A stretch of 64,000 nt of DNA from an uncultured Acidobacteriota bacterium. GTDB lineage: Bacteria; Acidobacteriota; Thermoanaerobaculia; Multivoradales; UBA5704. Shown one piece after another: positions 9,128-17,870 of the stretch (position 1 is the first letter of the stretch; each line of letters begins with the position of its first letter). Under the pieces are notes generated by a model. The model was not told the DNA's origin. It saw nothing but the letters and a program-made list of their open reading frames with translations, and searched no databases. The DNA is taken from positions 4,672,001 to 4,736,000 of the forward strand of contig CAVYRF010000002.1 in the NCBI GenBank assembly GCA_963770895.1, read 5' to 3'. The translations under genes and the position numbers were made by a program.

Positions 9128-11440
9128 CTATTGCGATGTGGTGATGCTCACTGTGCAGCCGCTTGCCGACGATGTTATGGCAGTCGTGATCGTTCGTGTT
9201 AACACGATCACGCCATTGAGCGTGTATACCTGCCGTTCGGTTTCCGAGCACTGATATGGCGGAGCTGGCGCGCACTCTCCCAGGACATCCACGCAGGGGA
9301 GGTTAGGGTTCGTTGCGCTGACCAGCTGGTTTCCGGGTCCTACTTTACAGCCCGGTCCCAGCTGGGAGTCTGTAGGGCAATAGTTGCTATCGGTGGTTGA
9401 AACAGGAGTTACACTCTCGATAAGTACGCTACCGCTGAGATTTACTCCGGTACATGGTGACTGCAGAGTGAGCGGTCCGATCGTCTGCTTGTATACTGCG
9501 AAGCACGGAGTCAAGGCCGCATTTTGGCAAAGGGCTTGATTTGGAAGGGCGCTGCGGCTATGGGGCACCAAAGGGCCGACTGGAATTGCTAGTAGTTTCT
9601 GCGCCCATAAGTTGGGAACCATCTGACTTGGAGAGAGGCAGAAATCTGCGCCATTGCACAGCCCCGCCGGAGTCTTCGTACAGGGAGTACAGATCTGGCT
9701 CGGCTGGCATTGACTCCCTGTGCAGACAGTGCACTCTGGGCAGGAGTTGGGCGCGCCTGTGCCCTGTGGGAACCCGCAGCAGTGCCAGCCGGCCTTGACG
9801 ATGCCGACGCCGGGGTTGGAGGTGATGGTGGTGGCATCGTCGCTGACGGTGCCGGGGCCGATGCTGACGAAGTGGCCGAGGTCGTGGTCGAAGGAGTAGA
9901 GCTCGGCGACCTTGCCGGCGGGGAAGCCTTCAACGTTGGGCATGGTGAGGGCGGCCGGGGGATTGAACTGCGCTCCGGCCGGTTGGATGGTGACGATGAG
10001 GCGCGGCTGCTGGCCGAAGTTGGGGACCATGGGCACTTTGTCGCTGTGGACGACGGTGACGCTGACGGTGCCGCTGTGGCCTCCGCCAGGGAAGATGACC
10101 GATCCCGGCTGGATGCTGAGGGCAAAACCGGGCAGTTGGGGAAGCGTGAGCGTCCCGCCGTGGGTCTCGTCCACGGCGACACCGTTCTGGAGATCGAGGG
10201 GCAGCAGATAGACCGGCATGCGCAGGGCATTGTTGCGGCCTGGGACAGGGGTCAGGTTGAATTCGAGCTGCGGCCAGGAGCCCGGGGTCTGGACGGTGCT
10301 GCCGTCCACGATGAGCTGGAGGGTGCCGGCGGGTAAGGCTGAAAGCTGAAAAAGGCCCTGGCTGTCGCTCACGGTGGTGAGGGCCGTTCCGGTGATGCGG
10401 AGAGTGGCTCCCGGCACGGGTTGGTTGCTGTTGTCGAGCACGACGCCGCTGATCGCGGTGAGGCTGGGATCGTAGGCGGCGAGGGCCGAGGCGGTGAAGC
10501 TCGCGACGGGGCTGTTGGGCAGGGTGTCGATGGTCGCTTCGACAACGTTGTTGGCGATGCCCTCCGCCGGGTCGGTCGTGAAGGAGGCGATCAGGCGGCC
10601 GTCGCTGTCGGAGGTGAGCGATAGGGTCTGCTGGCCGTTGGCGAAGGTGCCGACGCCCTTGACGACCTTGAAGGTGACCGCTGCGCCCGCAAGGCGGTTG
10701 CTGCCGGCGTCGACCACGACGGCCACCAGGGGCAGCGGCAGGGCTTGGCCGGCGACGCCCTGCTGCTGGTCGCCCGAATCGGCCACGAGGAGCGCCGGGG
10801 CGCCCGGCTGGGCGCTGGCCAGAAACTGCGCCGGGCCAGTGAAACCGGGGGCCGCGGCCTTGACCAGTTGATTGCCGGCGCCGGCGTGGCTGCCTACGGT
10901 GAAGTGCACGGTGGCGTGGCCGGAGACGTCGCTCAGGACGGCGTAGGCGCGCCGGCCGTTGTCGAAGGTGCCGTCGGTGCCGAGCGCCTGGAAGAGGACC
11001 CGCTGGCCCACGACGGGCTGCCCGGAAGCGTCGAGGACTATGGCCGCCAGCGGCTGCGGCAGCGGCGTCTGGATGGGCGCGCTCTGGCCGTCGCCAGACA
11101 CGACCACGATGCGCGGTCCGGCCGGGGTCAGCTGGCGCACGGTCACCGTCGCCTGTGCCTGGTTGCCGGCGGCATCGACCGCCACGGCCGTGAGGACGTT
11201 GCTGCCCGGCTGGAGCGGTACGTTCGGCACAGTGAAGGACCGGTTGGCGACGGTCGCGGGGATGCCATTCACGGTCACGGTCGCGTTGCTCGTGTTGACG
11301 GTGCCGGCCACGATGTCATTGACGAGACCCGAGACGGTGACCGACGAAGCGGCGATCGTGGCGCCTGCGCTGGGAGTGTAGATCGCCACGTGCGGCGCAT
11401 CCGAGATGCCGAGCGGCCAAGCCGGCACTCGGGCACGCAC
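9128..11440 (-). CDS. 5'-truncated Ig-like/carboxypeptidase-regulatory-domain surface protein with Cys-rich C-terminal tip
   Basis: Begins mid Ig repeat with no signal peptide. Invasin-like VVSGDGQ/DSGDQQQG repeats, ISGVVLDNSNQPVPGATL (CarboxypepD_reg-like), then KAGWHCCG followed by a Cys-rich tail (19 Cys counting the CC). Confidence 0.75.
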   Translation of the reverse strand: MRARVPAWPLGISDAPHVAIYTPSAGATIAASSVTVSGLVNDIVAGTVNTSNATVTVNGIPATVANRSFTVPNVPLQPGSNVLTAVAVDAAGNQAQATVTVRQLTPAGPRIVVVSGDGQSAPIQTPLPQPLAAIVLDASGQPVVGQRVLFQALGTDGTFDNGRRAYAVLSDVSGHATVHFTVGSHAGAGNQLVKAAAPGFTGPAQFLASAQPGAPALLVADSGDQQQGVAGQALPLPLVAVVVDAGSNRLAGAAVTFKVVKGVGTFANGQQTLSLTSDSDGRLIASFTTDPAEGIANNVVEATIDTLPNSPVASFTASALAAYDPSLTAISGVVLDNSNQPVPGATLRITGTALTTVSDSQGLFQLSALPAGTLQLIVDGSTVQTPGSWPQLEFNLTPVPGRNNALRMPVYLLPLDLQNGVAVDETHGGTLTLPQLPGFALSIQPGSVIFPGGGHSGTVSVTVVHSDKVPMVPNFGQQPRLIVTIQPAGAQFNPPAALTMPNVEGFPAGKVAELYSFDHDLGHFVSIGPGTVSDDATTITSNPGVGIVKAGWHCCGFPQGTGAPNSCPECTVCTGSQCQPSQICTPCTKTPAGLCNGADFCLSPSQMVPNLWAQKLLAIPVGPLVPHSRSALPNQALCQNAALTPCFAVYKQTIGPLTLQSPCTGVNLSGSVLIESVTPVSTTDSNYCPTDSQLGPGCKVGPGNQLVSATNPNLPCVDVLGECAPAPPYQCSETERQVYTLNGVIVLTRTITTAITSSASGCTVSITTSQ

Positions 11441-11580
11441 CTGAATTAGGAACCCGCCATACGGCCTGCCGGTATACGCGTATTATCGTCAACACGTCTC
11501 GTGGCGGGCCTCAGCCTGCGTGCGAAATCGACGGCGAGCCAGGCAGCGTGTGTTCCAGCGCGAGGGCCAGGAAGGCCTCT

Positions 11581-12277
11581 CGAGGCGGAAGGGGAATACG
11601 GCTGCCGCGCCTACACGCGCACGCCTTTTGCGGCCGGCTCGACCCTCACCGCGGCGCAGGCCAACTTCGACGGCCGCTATCCGCTGGCGGGCACGCCGCC
11701 CGGGCGGAACCTGGGGCGTCCGGCGCCGGTCGGCAGCTACCCGCCGAACCCCTGGGGCCTGTACGACATGCACGGCAATCTCTGGGAGTGGACCGAAGAC
11801 TGGTACGCCGCCTACCCACCAGGCCCGGCGAGCGACCCGCGAGGGTCCGCCCGCGGCGGGGCGCAGGAGGTCTGGGACGCGCGCTGATGCGGGCCTCGGG
11901 TCGCTTGCGCTCGGCAAGACGCTCCGCTGCGCCCCCCGGCCCGATCGCGGTCGCGCCGCAGGCGCGCCGCGGTCGGGGCAACCTGCGATTGAGGATGTGG
12001 TTCGCGGGCTGCAGGGAGGGCTGGCTATTGCCCGAGCGCGCACTGCGGGCTCAGGGTCTGGCGAGTGCGCGGTCGAGAGGGCAAAGATCCTGGTGGGGGA
12101 GGCGGACGGATTCGGCGCTATTGGCCGGAGTGAGAAGCGCACAAGGGCCGCGGTGCGCGCGAGGCAAAAGATTCCAAGGAGATCGGGCGAGCGCCGGGCC
12201 TGCTCAGTCCGCAGCCCACGGCATCGGGCGGCGCTCTACCATCTGCTGAACGCGCGCCACGAGCGCATCGAAGGTCT
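11581..12277 (+). repeat. Long direct repeat, copy 2, containing an FGE pseudogene fragment (11581-11887)
   Basis: EAEGEYGCRAY...NPWGLYDMHGNLWEW; lacks the 156 bp equivalent to 7214-7369. Confidence 0.92.
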
Positions 12278-12489
12278 GACCTTTCGGTCTGATTATAGGG
12301 CCAGGGAGATGGCGGTGGGCCGCCAGACCGCAATCAGGCCTGGCGGCCGAGCACGAGGTATGTCACGTTGTGGCAGCCGATTGCGCATCCCCAGGTGGCA
12401 GCGTTCGGCGGGCCGCCATGGCCCGGCCGGCCCGCCGCAGCCTTCCGCTGGGTGCCGGCGGAGATCCGACGACCTTCAAGGAGCTCACG

Positions 12490-12993
12490 ATGCGAGCGCC
12501 CCTGCGGTCCATTGCCTCATTGCTTCTGCTGCCGATGCTGCCGTGCGTTGCCGCGTGCGGGCACAGCTTCCCGAGCGCGCCCAAGGGCGCCGACACCGTG
12601 ATGGTGAAGGCTGCGATGAGCAACGCTCAGGGGGCCAGCACCATCATCGAGGCCGCGATGAACGTCGACAACTTCACCGTCGCCGACTCCTGTCCGCCCC
12701 AGGACGAGGAGCAGGACTTCGACAACGACGGCATCCCCGATGGCGAAACTTGCGACGCGCCGCCAAGCTCCGCGGTGACGCTTGCGGGCAGCGCCTCGGT
12801 CAACCCCGGCAACCACCACATCACCTTCGGCGTCCCCACCACCACTACGACGCGGCCCGTCCCCTACACGATCTCCGGCTTCACCCTCTCCATCTACGAC
12901 CAGAGCGGCAAGCTCATCAAGGCGATGAGCTTCCCCGACCAGACCACGGTCCTGAACCTGGGCAACGCCATCAGCTACTCCTTCAGCTTCTAA
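12490..12993 (+). CDS. Hypothetical lipoprotein
   Basis: RBS AAGGAG; lipobox VAAC; high-GC3 codon usage; DFDNDG acidic loop between two Cys. Confidence 0.75.
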   Translation: MRAPLRSIASLLLLPMLPCVAACGHSFPSAPKGADTVMVKAAMSNAQGASTIIEAAMNVDNFTVADSCPPQDEEQDFDNDGIPDGETCDAPPSSAVTLAGSASVNPGNHHITFGVPTTTTTRPVPYTISGFTLSIYDQSGKLIKAMSFPDQTTVLNLGNAISYSFSF

Positions 12994-13112
12994 CCCCGGT
13001 TGGATAGCTACCGCGGTCGAGTTCGGCAGGGATCTCCCCCCCGGTCTCGTCTTGTTCAGATCATCAGGATGGTGCATACTTTCTACAATCGGTCTTCACA
13101 AGGAGATGCGCC

Positions 13113-14207
13113 ATGCTTCGTACGATGACGGCGTGCAATCTCGTCTTGCTGTCTGGATGGTTGACTGTGAGCGGCGGTGTGGGATCTCTTCACGCCTCGT
13201 CGCCGCGAGTCCAAACCGAGCCCGCGAACGGATCGGGGCTTGCCAATGTGGCCATTGAGGGGTCGAAGGGAGCCTCTGGCCCGTCGGTCGCCTTCGACGG
13301 TGCCCACATCTGGGTCGCCAATCCATTCGTTGGCAAGACGGTGACCGAGATCAACGCCAGCGATGGCAGCTTCGTGCGGAATCTGTCGGGCAGGCCCTAC
13401 GACTTTTACGAGCCCGTCGGTCTCGCCTTCGACGGTGCCCACGTCTGGGTAGCCAATGCCGGGTACAACTCGGTGACCGAGATCAACGCCAGCGACGGCA
13501 GCTTTGTGCGGAATCTCTCGGGGGCGCCCTATGACTTCTCCCTTCCCTATGCTCTCGCCTTCGACGGTGCCCACATCTGGGTCACCAATCGATCGAACAA
13601 GACGCTGACCGAGATCAACGCCAGCGATGGCAGCTTCGTGCGGAATCTCTCAGGCGGTCCCTACAACTTCTTCGGCCCCATGGCCCTGGCCTTCGACGGC
13701 GCCCACATCTGGGTCGCCAATTCTGCGAGCAGCACGGTGACCGAGATCAACGCCGGCGATGGCAGCTTCGTGCGGAATCTCTCAGGCGAGCCCTACAACT
13801 TCTTCGGCCCCACTGCCCTCGCCTTCGACGGTTCCCACATCTGGGTCGCCAATTCTATGAACAGCACGGTGACCGAGATCAACGCCAGCGATGGCAGCTT
13901 CGTGCGAAATCTGTCAGGCGGATCCTACAACTTCTCCGGCCTCATGACTCTCGCCTTCGACGGTGCCCGCGTCTGGGTCGCCAATTCTGTGAACAACACG
14001 GTGACCGAGATCAACGCCAGCGATGGCAGCTTTGTGCGGAATCTCTCAGGCAGTTCCTACAAGTTCTACGGCCCCCTTGGTCTCGCCTTCGGCGGCGGTC
14101 ACATCTGGGTCGCCAATTACAATGAAACGGTGACCGAGATCAATGCCAGCGATGGCGCTCCGGTGAAAAACTACCCCGTGGGGACCTCTCCTCCAGCGGC
14201 GCGGTGA
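13113..14207 (+). CDS. Secreted 7-bladed beta-propeller (YncE/NHL-like repeats)
   Basis: Seven AFDGAHIWVAN...VTEINASDGSFVRNLSG repeats of about 44 aa. Confidence 0.85.
   Translation: MLRTMTACNLVLLSGWLTVSGGVGSLHASSPRVQTEPANGSGLANVAIEGSKGASGPSVAFDGAHIWVANPFVGKTVTEINASDGSFVRNLSGRPYDFYEPVGLAFDGAHVWVANAGYNSVTEINASDGSFVRNLSGAPYDFSLPYALAFDGAHIWVTNRSNKTLTEINASDGSFVRNLSGGPYNFFGPMALAFDGAHIWVANSASSTVTEINAGDGSFVRNLSGEPYNFFGPTALAFDGSHIWVANSMNSTVTEINASDGSFVRNLSGGSYNFSGLMTLAFDGARVWVANSVNNTVTEINASDGSFVRNLSGSSYKFYGPLGLAFGGGHIWVANYNETVTEINASDGAPVKNYPVGTSPPAAR
13290..14160 (+). repeat. Intragenic tandem repeat, 132-bp unit x7
   Basis: GCCTTCGACGG/GCCTTCGGCGG unit starts at 13290, 13425, 13557, 13689, 13821, 13953, 14085. 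Confidence 0.95.
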
Positions 14208-14296
14208 TAGACGACAACTGCCACGCGGCGAGCGCGATCGCGGAGCGCAACCTGAGCGGCGCCGCCTCGACGGAAGACCTGCGCGGCGCGATGGTC

Positions 14297-14384
14297 CGGG
14301 TCGCCCGCGCTCGGCAAGACGCTCCGCCGCGCCCCCCGGCCCGATCGCGGTCGCGCCGCAGGCCGCGCCGCGGTCGGGGCAACC
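14297..14384. repeat. Third copy of an 88-bp structured REP/MITE-like element (others at 7382-7469 and 11897-11983)
   Basis: CGGGTCGCCCGCGCTCGGCAAGACGCTCCG...CCGATCGCGGTCGCGCCGCAGG...CCGCGGTCGGGGCAACC. Confidence 0.85.
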
Positions 14385-14545
14385 CGATGGCACTGTGCAA
14401 CGCTTCAGCACGACGATCGCGTCGAACCAGCAGGGATCCTGGGCGCCGCGATCAGCTACTCCTTCGGCTTCCAGCTTGCTTGACGGCAGGGATACGTCGG
14501 CAATGGCGAGCTGCTCATGCTGGAGCATCTCAGGTACTGGGCTCG

Positions 14546-14755
14546 TTATGGATTACGCCACTTGTCGGGTTTACCCTTGGACGTGTGTCGAACTCGCTCC
14601 ACATGGATCGCGGCACCAGGCTCAAGCTGCCGCGCGCTCTCAATGGCTTCGGCTTGCGTATCCTTTACGGTGCTGGCTCTTTCTGAATTGGGCCGCCGCA
14701 CAGCGTAGTCACCTTGAGGCCGACGTTCAACGTACAACTCCTTCTTTTCCGCCAT
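14546..14755 (-). CDS. DUF2188-domain small protein
   Basis: YAVRRPNSERASTVKDTQAEAIESARQL; RBS GGGAG. Confidence 0.75.
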   Translation of the reverse strand: MAEKKELYVERRPQGDYAVRRPNSERASTVKDTQAEAIESARQLEPGAAIHVERVRHTSKGKPDKWRNP

Positions 14756-14772
14756 AGGCACTCCCTGCTGCC

Positions 14773-15168
14773 TTAGCAATTCGCTCGTGGTTGGATGGTA
14801 CGATACTTCGCTGCGAACTCGGCATCCGTCAAGTCGCGCCGCGGGTTGAATTTACGCTTTGGCCAGCTGGTTGAAATACGTTGCCCGTCAGACTTCGTTC
14901 GAAGACTCTTCTTGAGGACCGCGACGAGTCGGTTGAGTGTTGTCGAGACATCGGGATAGAGCTCGTCTGAGCCCTCACCGTACATGGTCTCAGGGGACGA
15001 AGAGACGCCAAAGCCTCTTCCGGGACGCCATTCGACTGTCGCGCGAAGATCCCGCAGCGTGAGGTCGAGCCAGCTGCTTGCCTCGGGAACAGCGGCAAGG
15101 TCCAGCCTTGCCTGGACGCCCGGGAACTCCTTGCGGACGCGAGACTCAAGCTGTTTGAGGAGATTCAT
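14773..15168 (-). CDS. Hypothetical protein, putative antitoxin/immunity partner
   Basis: ATGA overlap with the upstream gene; VEWRPGRGFGVSS...YGEGSDELY motif. Confidence 0.6.
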   Translation of the reverse strand: MNLLKQLESRVRKEFPGVQARLDLAAVPEASSWLDLTLRDLRATVEWRPGRGFGVSSSPETMYGEGSDELYPDVSTTLNRLVAVLKKSLRTKSDGQRISTSWPKRKFNPRRDLTDAEFAAKYRTIQPRANC

Positions 15169-15527
15169 AGTTCGACTCCCTGGCCGTCGGCGCCGGGCTT
15201 GGCGAATTCGACGTCGTCATCCAAGGTGCGGATCTCGACTGCTCCATTGGAGCGAATAAAAGTGTTGTGCCCTCGGCTGCGGTAGCGTGTGACGTCGGGT
15301 CTGCCAGGGACGGTTCGGAGGCTATCGGACTGGGGCGGATAGAGACGGCCATCGTTCTGCCATGCCTCAGGGTTAAAGGGCACGCCGCTCAGCTGATCTT
15401 CGACCTGCTTCATGGTCTGGGCGATAAGGTCGAGAGCGCCGGTACCTGAGGCCGCGGGTGCCGCCAGTGCAAGGCGGCGGTAGATCTCGGTGAGACGCTC
15501 ACGTCTGGTGGCGGCTGCAATAGGCAA
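15165..15527 (-). CDS. Hypothetical protein, putative toxin (RNase-like); start uncertain
   Basis: VEDQLSGVP...DGRLYPP...YRSRGHNTFIRSNGAVEI; coupled to the downstream gene. Confidence 0.55.
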   Translation of the reverse strand: MPIAAATRRERLTEIYRRLALAAPAASGTGALDLIAQTMKQVEDQLSGVPFNPEAWQNDGRLYPPQSDSLRTVPGRPDVTRYRSRGHNTFIRSNGAVEIRTLDDDVEFAKPGADGQGVEL

Positions 15528-15760
15528 ACCTCCATTCCACAGCCGAATGTTACGCCCGAGATATGGCCCGCGCAAGCCGGCGCCGGGCACGCCGGCTGGG
15601 GCTTCTAGCAAATCTGAGCCTGGACATTGGCGGACAGCGGGAATCGCGTATGGGACCGGCCAAGCACAGGCCGGTTGGCGGTAGGGGTAAGGTGGTATAG
15701 AATTTGAGGTACTACGTCCGGGTGGCCATTTTTTGCTGGTCTGAGGTGGAGGGAGTGCGT

Positions 15761-17827
15761 ATGGTCTGGCGGAGCTTGGGGTTTTGGTGTGCGGCGGCTT
15801 GGGTTTTGGTGAGCGGGTGTGCTTCGAGCAGCCACTTTCGGACCACGGTGACGCCTTGCCAGACCAGGAGCTATGCGTATGCGCCGGGGCTGCCGGGTTG
15901 CGGGGACTTGGCGTATACGTTCAACCTGATCGAGTTCAACGAGAACGGGCGGCTTTGGGACGCGGGGCAGCTGGCTTCGGCGGAGGGGGCGATCGCGCAC
16001 CTGGCGGCGCAGCAGAAGCCGATGCTGCTGGTGATCTTCATCCACGGCTGGCATCACAACGCCGATGTCAAGGACGAAAACATTGCGTCGCTGGAAAGCG
16101 TGCTGGCGCGGACGACGCGGGCGCTGCCGAACTGGAACATCATGGGGATCTACCTGGGGTGGCGGGGGGAGTCGACGGCGCTCGAACCGGAATTCCTGAA
16201 CAACATCAGCTTCTACAACCGGCGCAGCGCCGCCGACCGCGTGGCCAACAGCGTCGAGCTGGCCGATACGTTGCTGCGCCTGGGGTTCGACGCCAAGAAC
16301 ACCTACATGAACGCGTTTCCCGGCAGCGCCACGGCGGCGGCGCCGCCGCAGCCGCAGGTCATTTTGGTCGGCCACTCGTTCGGCGGCCGCATTCTGGAGC
16401 GGTCGATCGTGCCGTCGCTGCTGGCGAGCGTGCGCAGCGAGGGGGAGATCAACCGCGGCAAGCCGTTCGACCTGATCTTGCTGATGAACCCGGCGCACAG
16501 CGCCCTGGGCACCATGGACCTGGTGGATACCTTGCGGGATGCGACGTACGACCAGCGCCCGTTCATCGTCAACATCACTTCGACAGCCGATTCCGCGACC
16601 GGCACCATCTATCCCCTGGCGCAGCGCCTCAACGGCAACCACGGTCCCTACGCCACGTTCAGCGGCGACGACCTGTCGCTCAAGGACGAAAGGTACCTGA
16701 GCACCTATACCGCCGGGCACCTGGCGCAGTTCCAATCGCACATCGCCGTGCCGCTGCCGGCGGGCAAGAATCCGGCCGATTATCCTTTCCATTTCATCGG
16801 CGACGGCAAGGATTACGTGATCGAGGAGCAACCCGCGCCGCAGCCTTGGAACTGGGCGCGCGGCGCCGCCGCTTCCGCCAACCCCGCGCCGACGCCCTAT
16901 TGGGTCATCCGCGTCGACCAGGACCTGGTGGCCAACCACGGCGACATCTTCAACGACAAGGTGGAGGCGATGATCTCGGTGCTGCTGGAGCGCACGATGG
17001 CCGGCGAAACCTCCGCCAAGGCATACAGCGAGCGCACCGTGCCGAGCGTCGCCGCGCCGCCGCCGCCGTCCGCGGGCCGCATGCCGGCAAACGTCGCGCC
17101 CGTCAGCGTTGCCGCCAGCCAGGCCAAGAGCGTCGCGCCACAGTCCACGCCACAGTTGGCACCCAAGGCCGCGCCACAGTCGGCACCGAAGGCCGCGCCA
17201 CAATCGGCACCAAAGGCCGCGCCACAGTCGGTGCCAAAGGCCGCGCCGCGCGCCAAGGACGCCGTTGCCGCTCCGGCCACGCCACCGCAAGGCGGGTCGC
17301 TGCCGCCTGTCCCTGCCGCCGCCGCGCCGCCGCAGGAGAACGCCGCTCCGCCGGGAGCCATGCCGCCGCCGCCACCGCCTGCTCCACGGTCGGCGGCACC
17401 ACCGCTGCCGGGCGCGCCCCCGGCGTCGCAGGGTGCGGTGCCCCCGCCGCCGATGGCGGCGTTGCGGCTGCTGGCGCCGCCGCCGCCTCCAGGCCGCGCG
17501 GCTGCCGCCGAAGTGACGGCGGCGCATGCGCACGACCTCACCGCGTTTGGCATCAATGCCGCGGCCGAGAAGGCGATGGCGCCCTACGAGCGCTTCGAGC
17601 TGTACGGTTTCCGCGCGCTGCTGGTGAGCAACGAGGCCGAGGCGATCAGGGATTTCGACCTGTCCTACGAGCGCCGCCAGGACTTCCACAGCGTCGCGGC
17701 GATCCGCCGCGTCCTGCGCGGCCGCGGCACCGCGGACGAGAAGCTCAAGGAGATCGCCGCCCGCGACCTGCAGGACGTCAACCCCGCGGCCGCGCGCCTG
17801 ATCCGCCAGGCCGCCGGTCTGGAGTAG
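15761..17827 (+). CDS. Lipoprotein alpha/beta hydrolase with Pro/Ala-rich linker and C-terminal helical domain
   Basis: Lipobox VSGC; FIHGWHHNA; VGHSFGG nucleophile elbow; HGDIF. Confidence 0.8.
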   Translation: MVWRSLGFWCAAAWVLVSGCASSSHFRTTVTPCQTRSYAYAPGLPGCGDLAYTFNLIEFNENGRLWDAGQLASAEGAIAHLAAQQKPMLLVIFIHGWHHNADVKDENIASLESVLARTTRALPNWNIMGIYLGWRGESTALEPEFLNNISFYNRRSAADRVANSVELADTLLRLGFDAKNTYMNAFPGSATAAAPPQPQVILVGHSFGGRILERSIVPSLLASVRSEGEINRGKPFDLILLMNPAHSALGTMDLVDTLRDATYDQRPFIVNITSTADSATGTIYPLAQRLNGNHGPYATFSGDDLSLKDERYLSTYTAGHLAQFQSHIAVPLPAGKNPADYPFHFIGDGKDYVIEEQPAPQPWNWARGAAASANPAPTPYWVIRVDQDLVANHGDIFNDKVEAMISVLLERTMAGETSAKAYSERTVPSVAAPPPPSAGRMPANVAPVSVAASQAKSVAPQSTPQLAPKAAPQSAPKAAPQSAPKAAPQSVPKAAPRAKDAVAAPATPPQGGSLPPVPAAAAPPQENAAPPGAMPPPPPPAPRSAAPPLPGAPPASQGAVPPPPMAALRLLAPPPPPGRAAAAEVTAAHAHDLTAFGINAAAEKAMAPYERFELYGFRALLVSNEAEAIRDFDLSYERRQDFHSVAAIRRVLRGRGTADEKLKEIAARDLQDVNPAAARLIRQAAGLE
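17132..17250 (+). repeat. 24-bp intragenic tandem repeat (AAPQSAPK)
   Basis: GCCGCGCCACAGTCGGCACCGAAG-like unit x3-4. Confidence 0.8.
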
Positions 17828-17870
17828 CCCGCCCGCGCTGGTGGGCGCCCGGCGACGAACCGGTGGGCCG

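Noticed and set aside
6910-12277. Diversity-generating retroelement (FGE/CLec-fold target plus second copy as template repeat)
   Set aside because: No reverse transcriptase in the window, differences are not adenine-specific, and copy 2 has deleted exactly the C-terminal region that would be the variable repeat
13290-14160. CRISPR array
   Set aside because: Units are 132 bp, in frame and protein-coding; no cas genes and no repeat-spacer structure
7382-14384. Integron attC sites
   Set aside because: The element lacks the RYYYAAC...GTTRRRY end arrangement and no integron integrase is present
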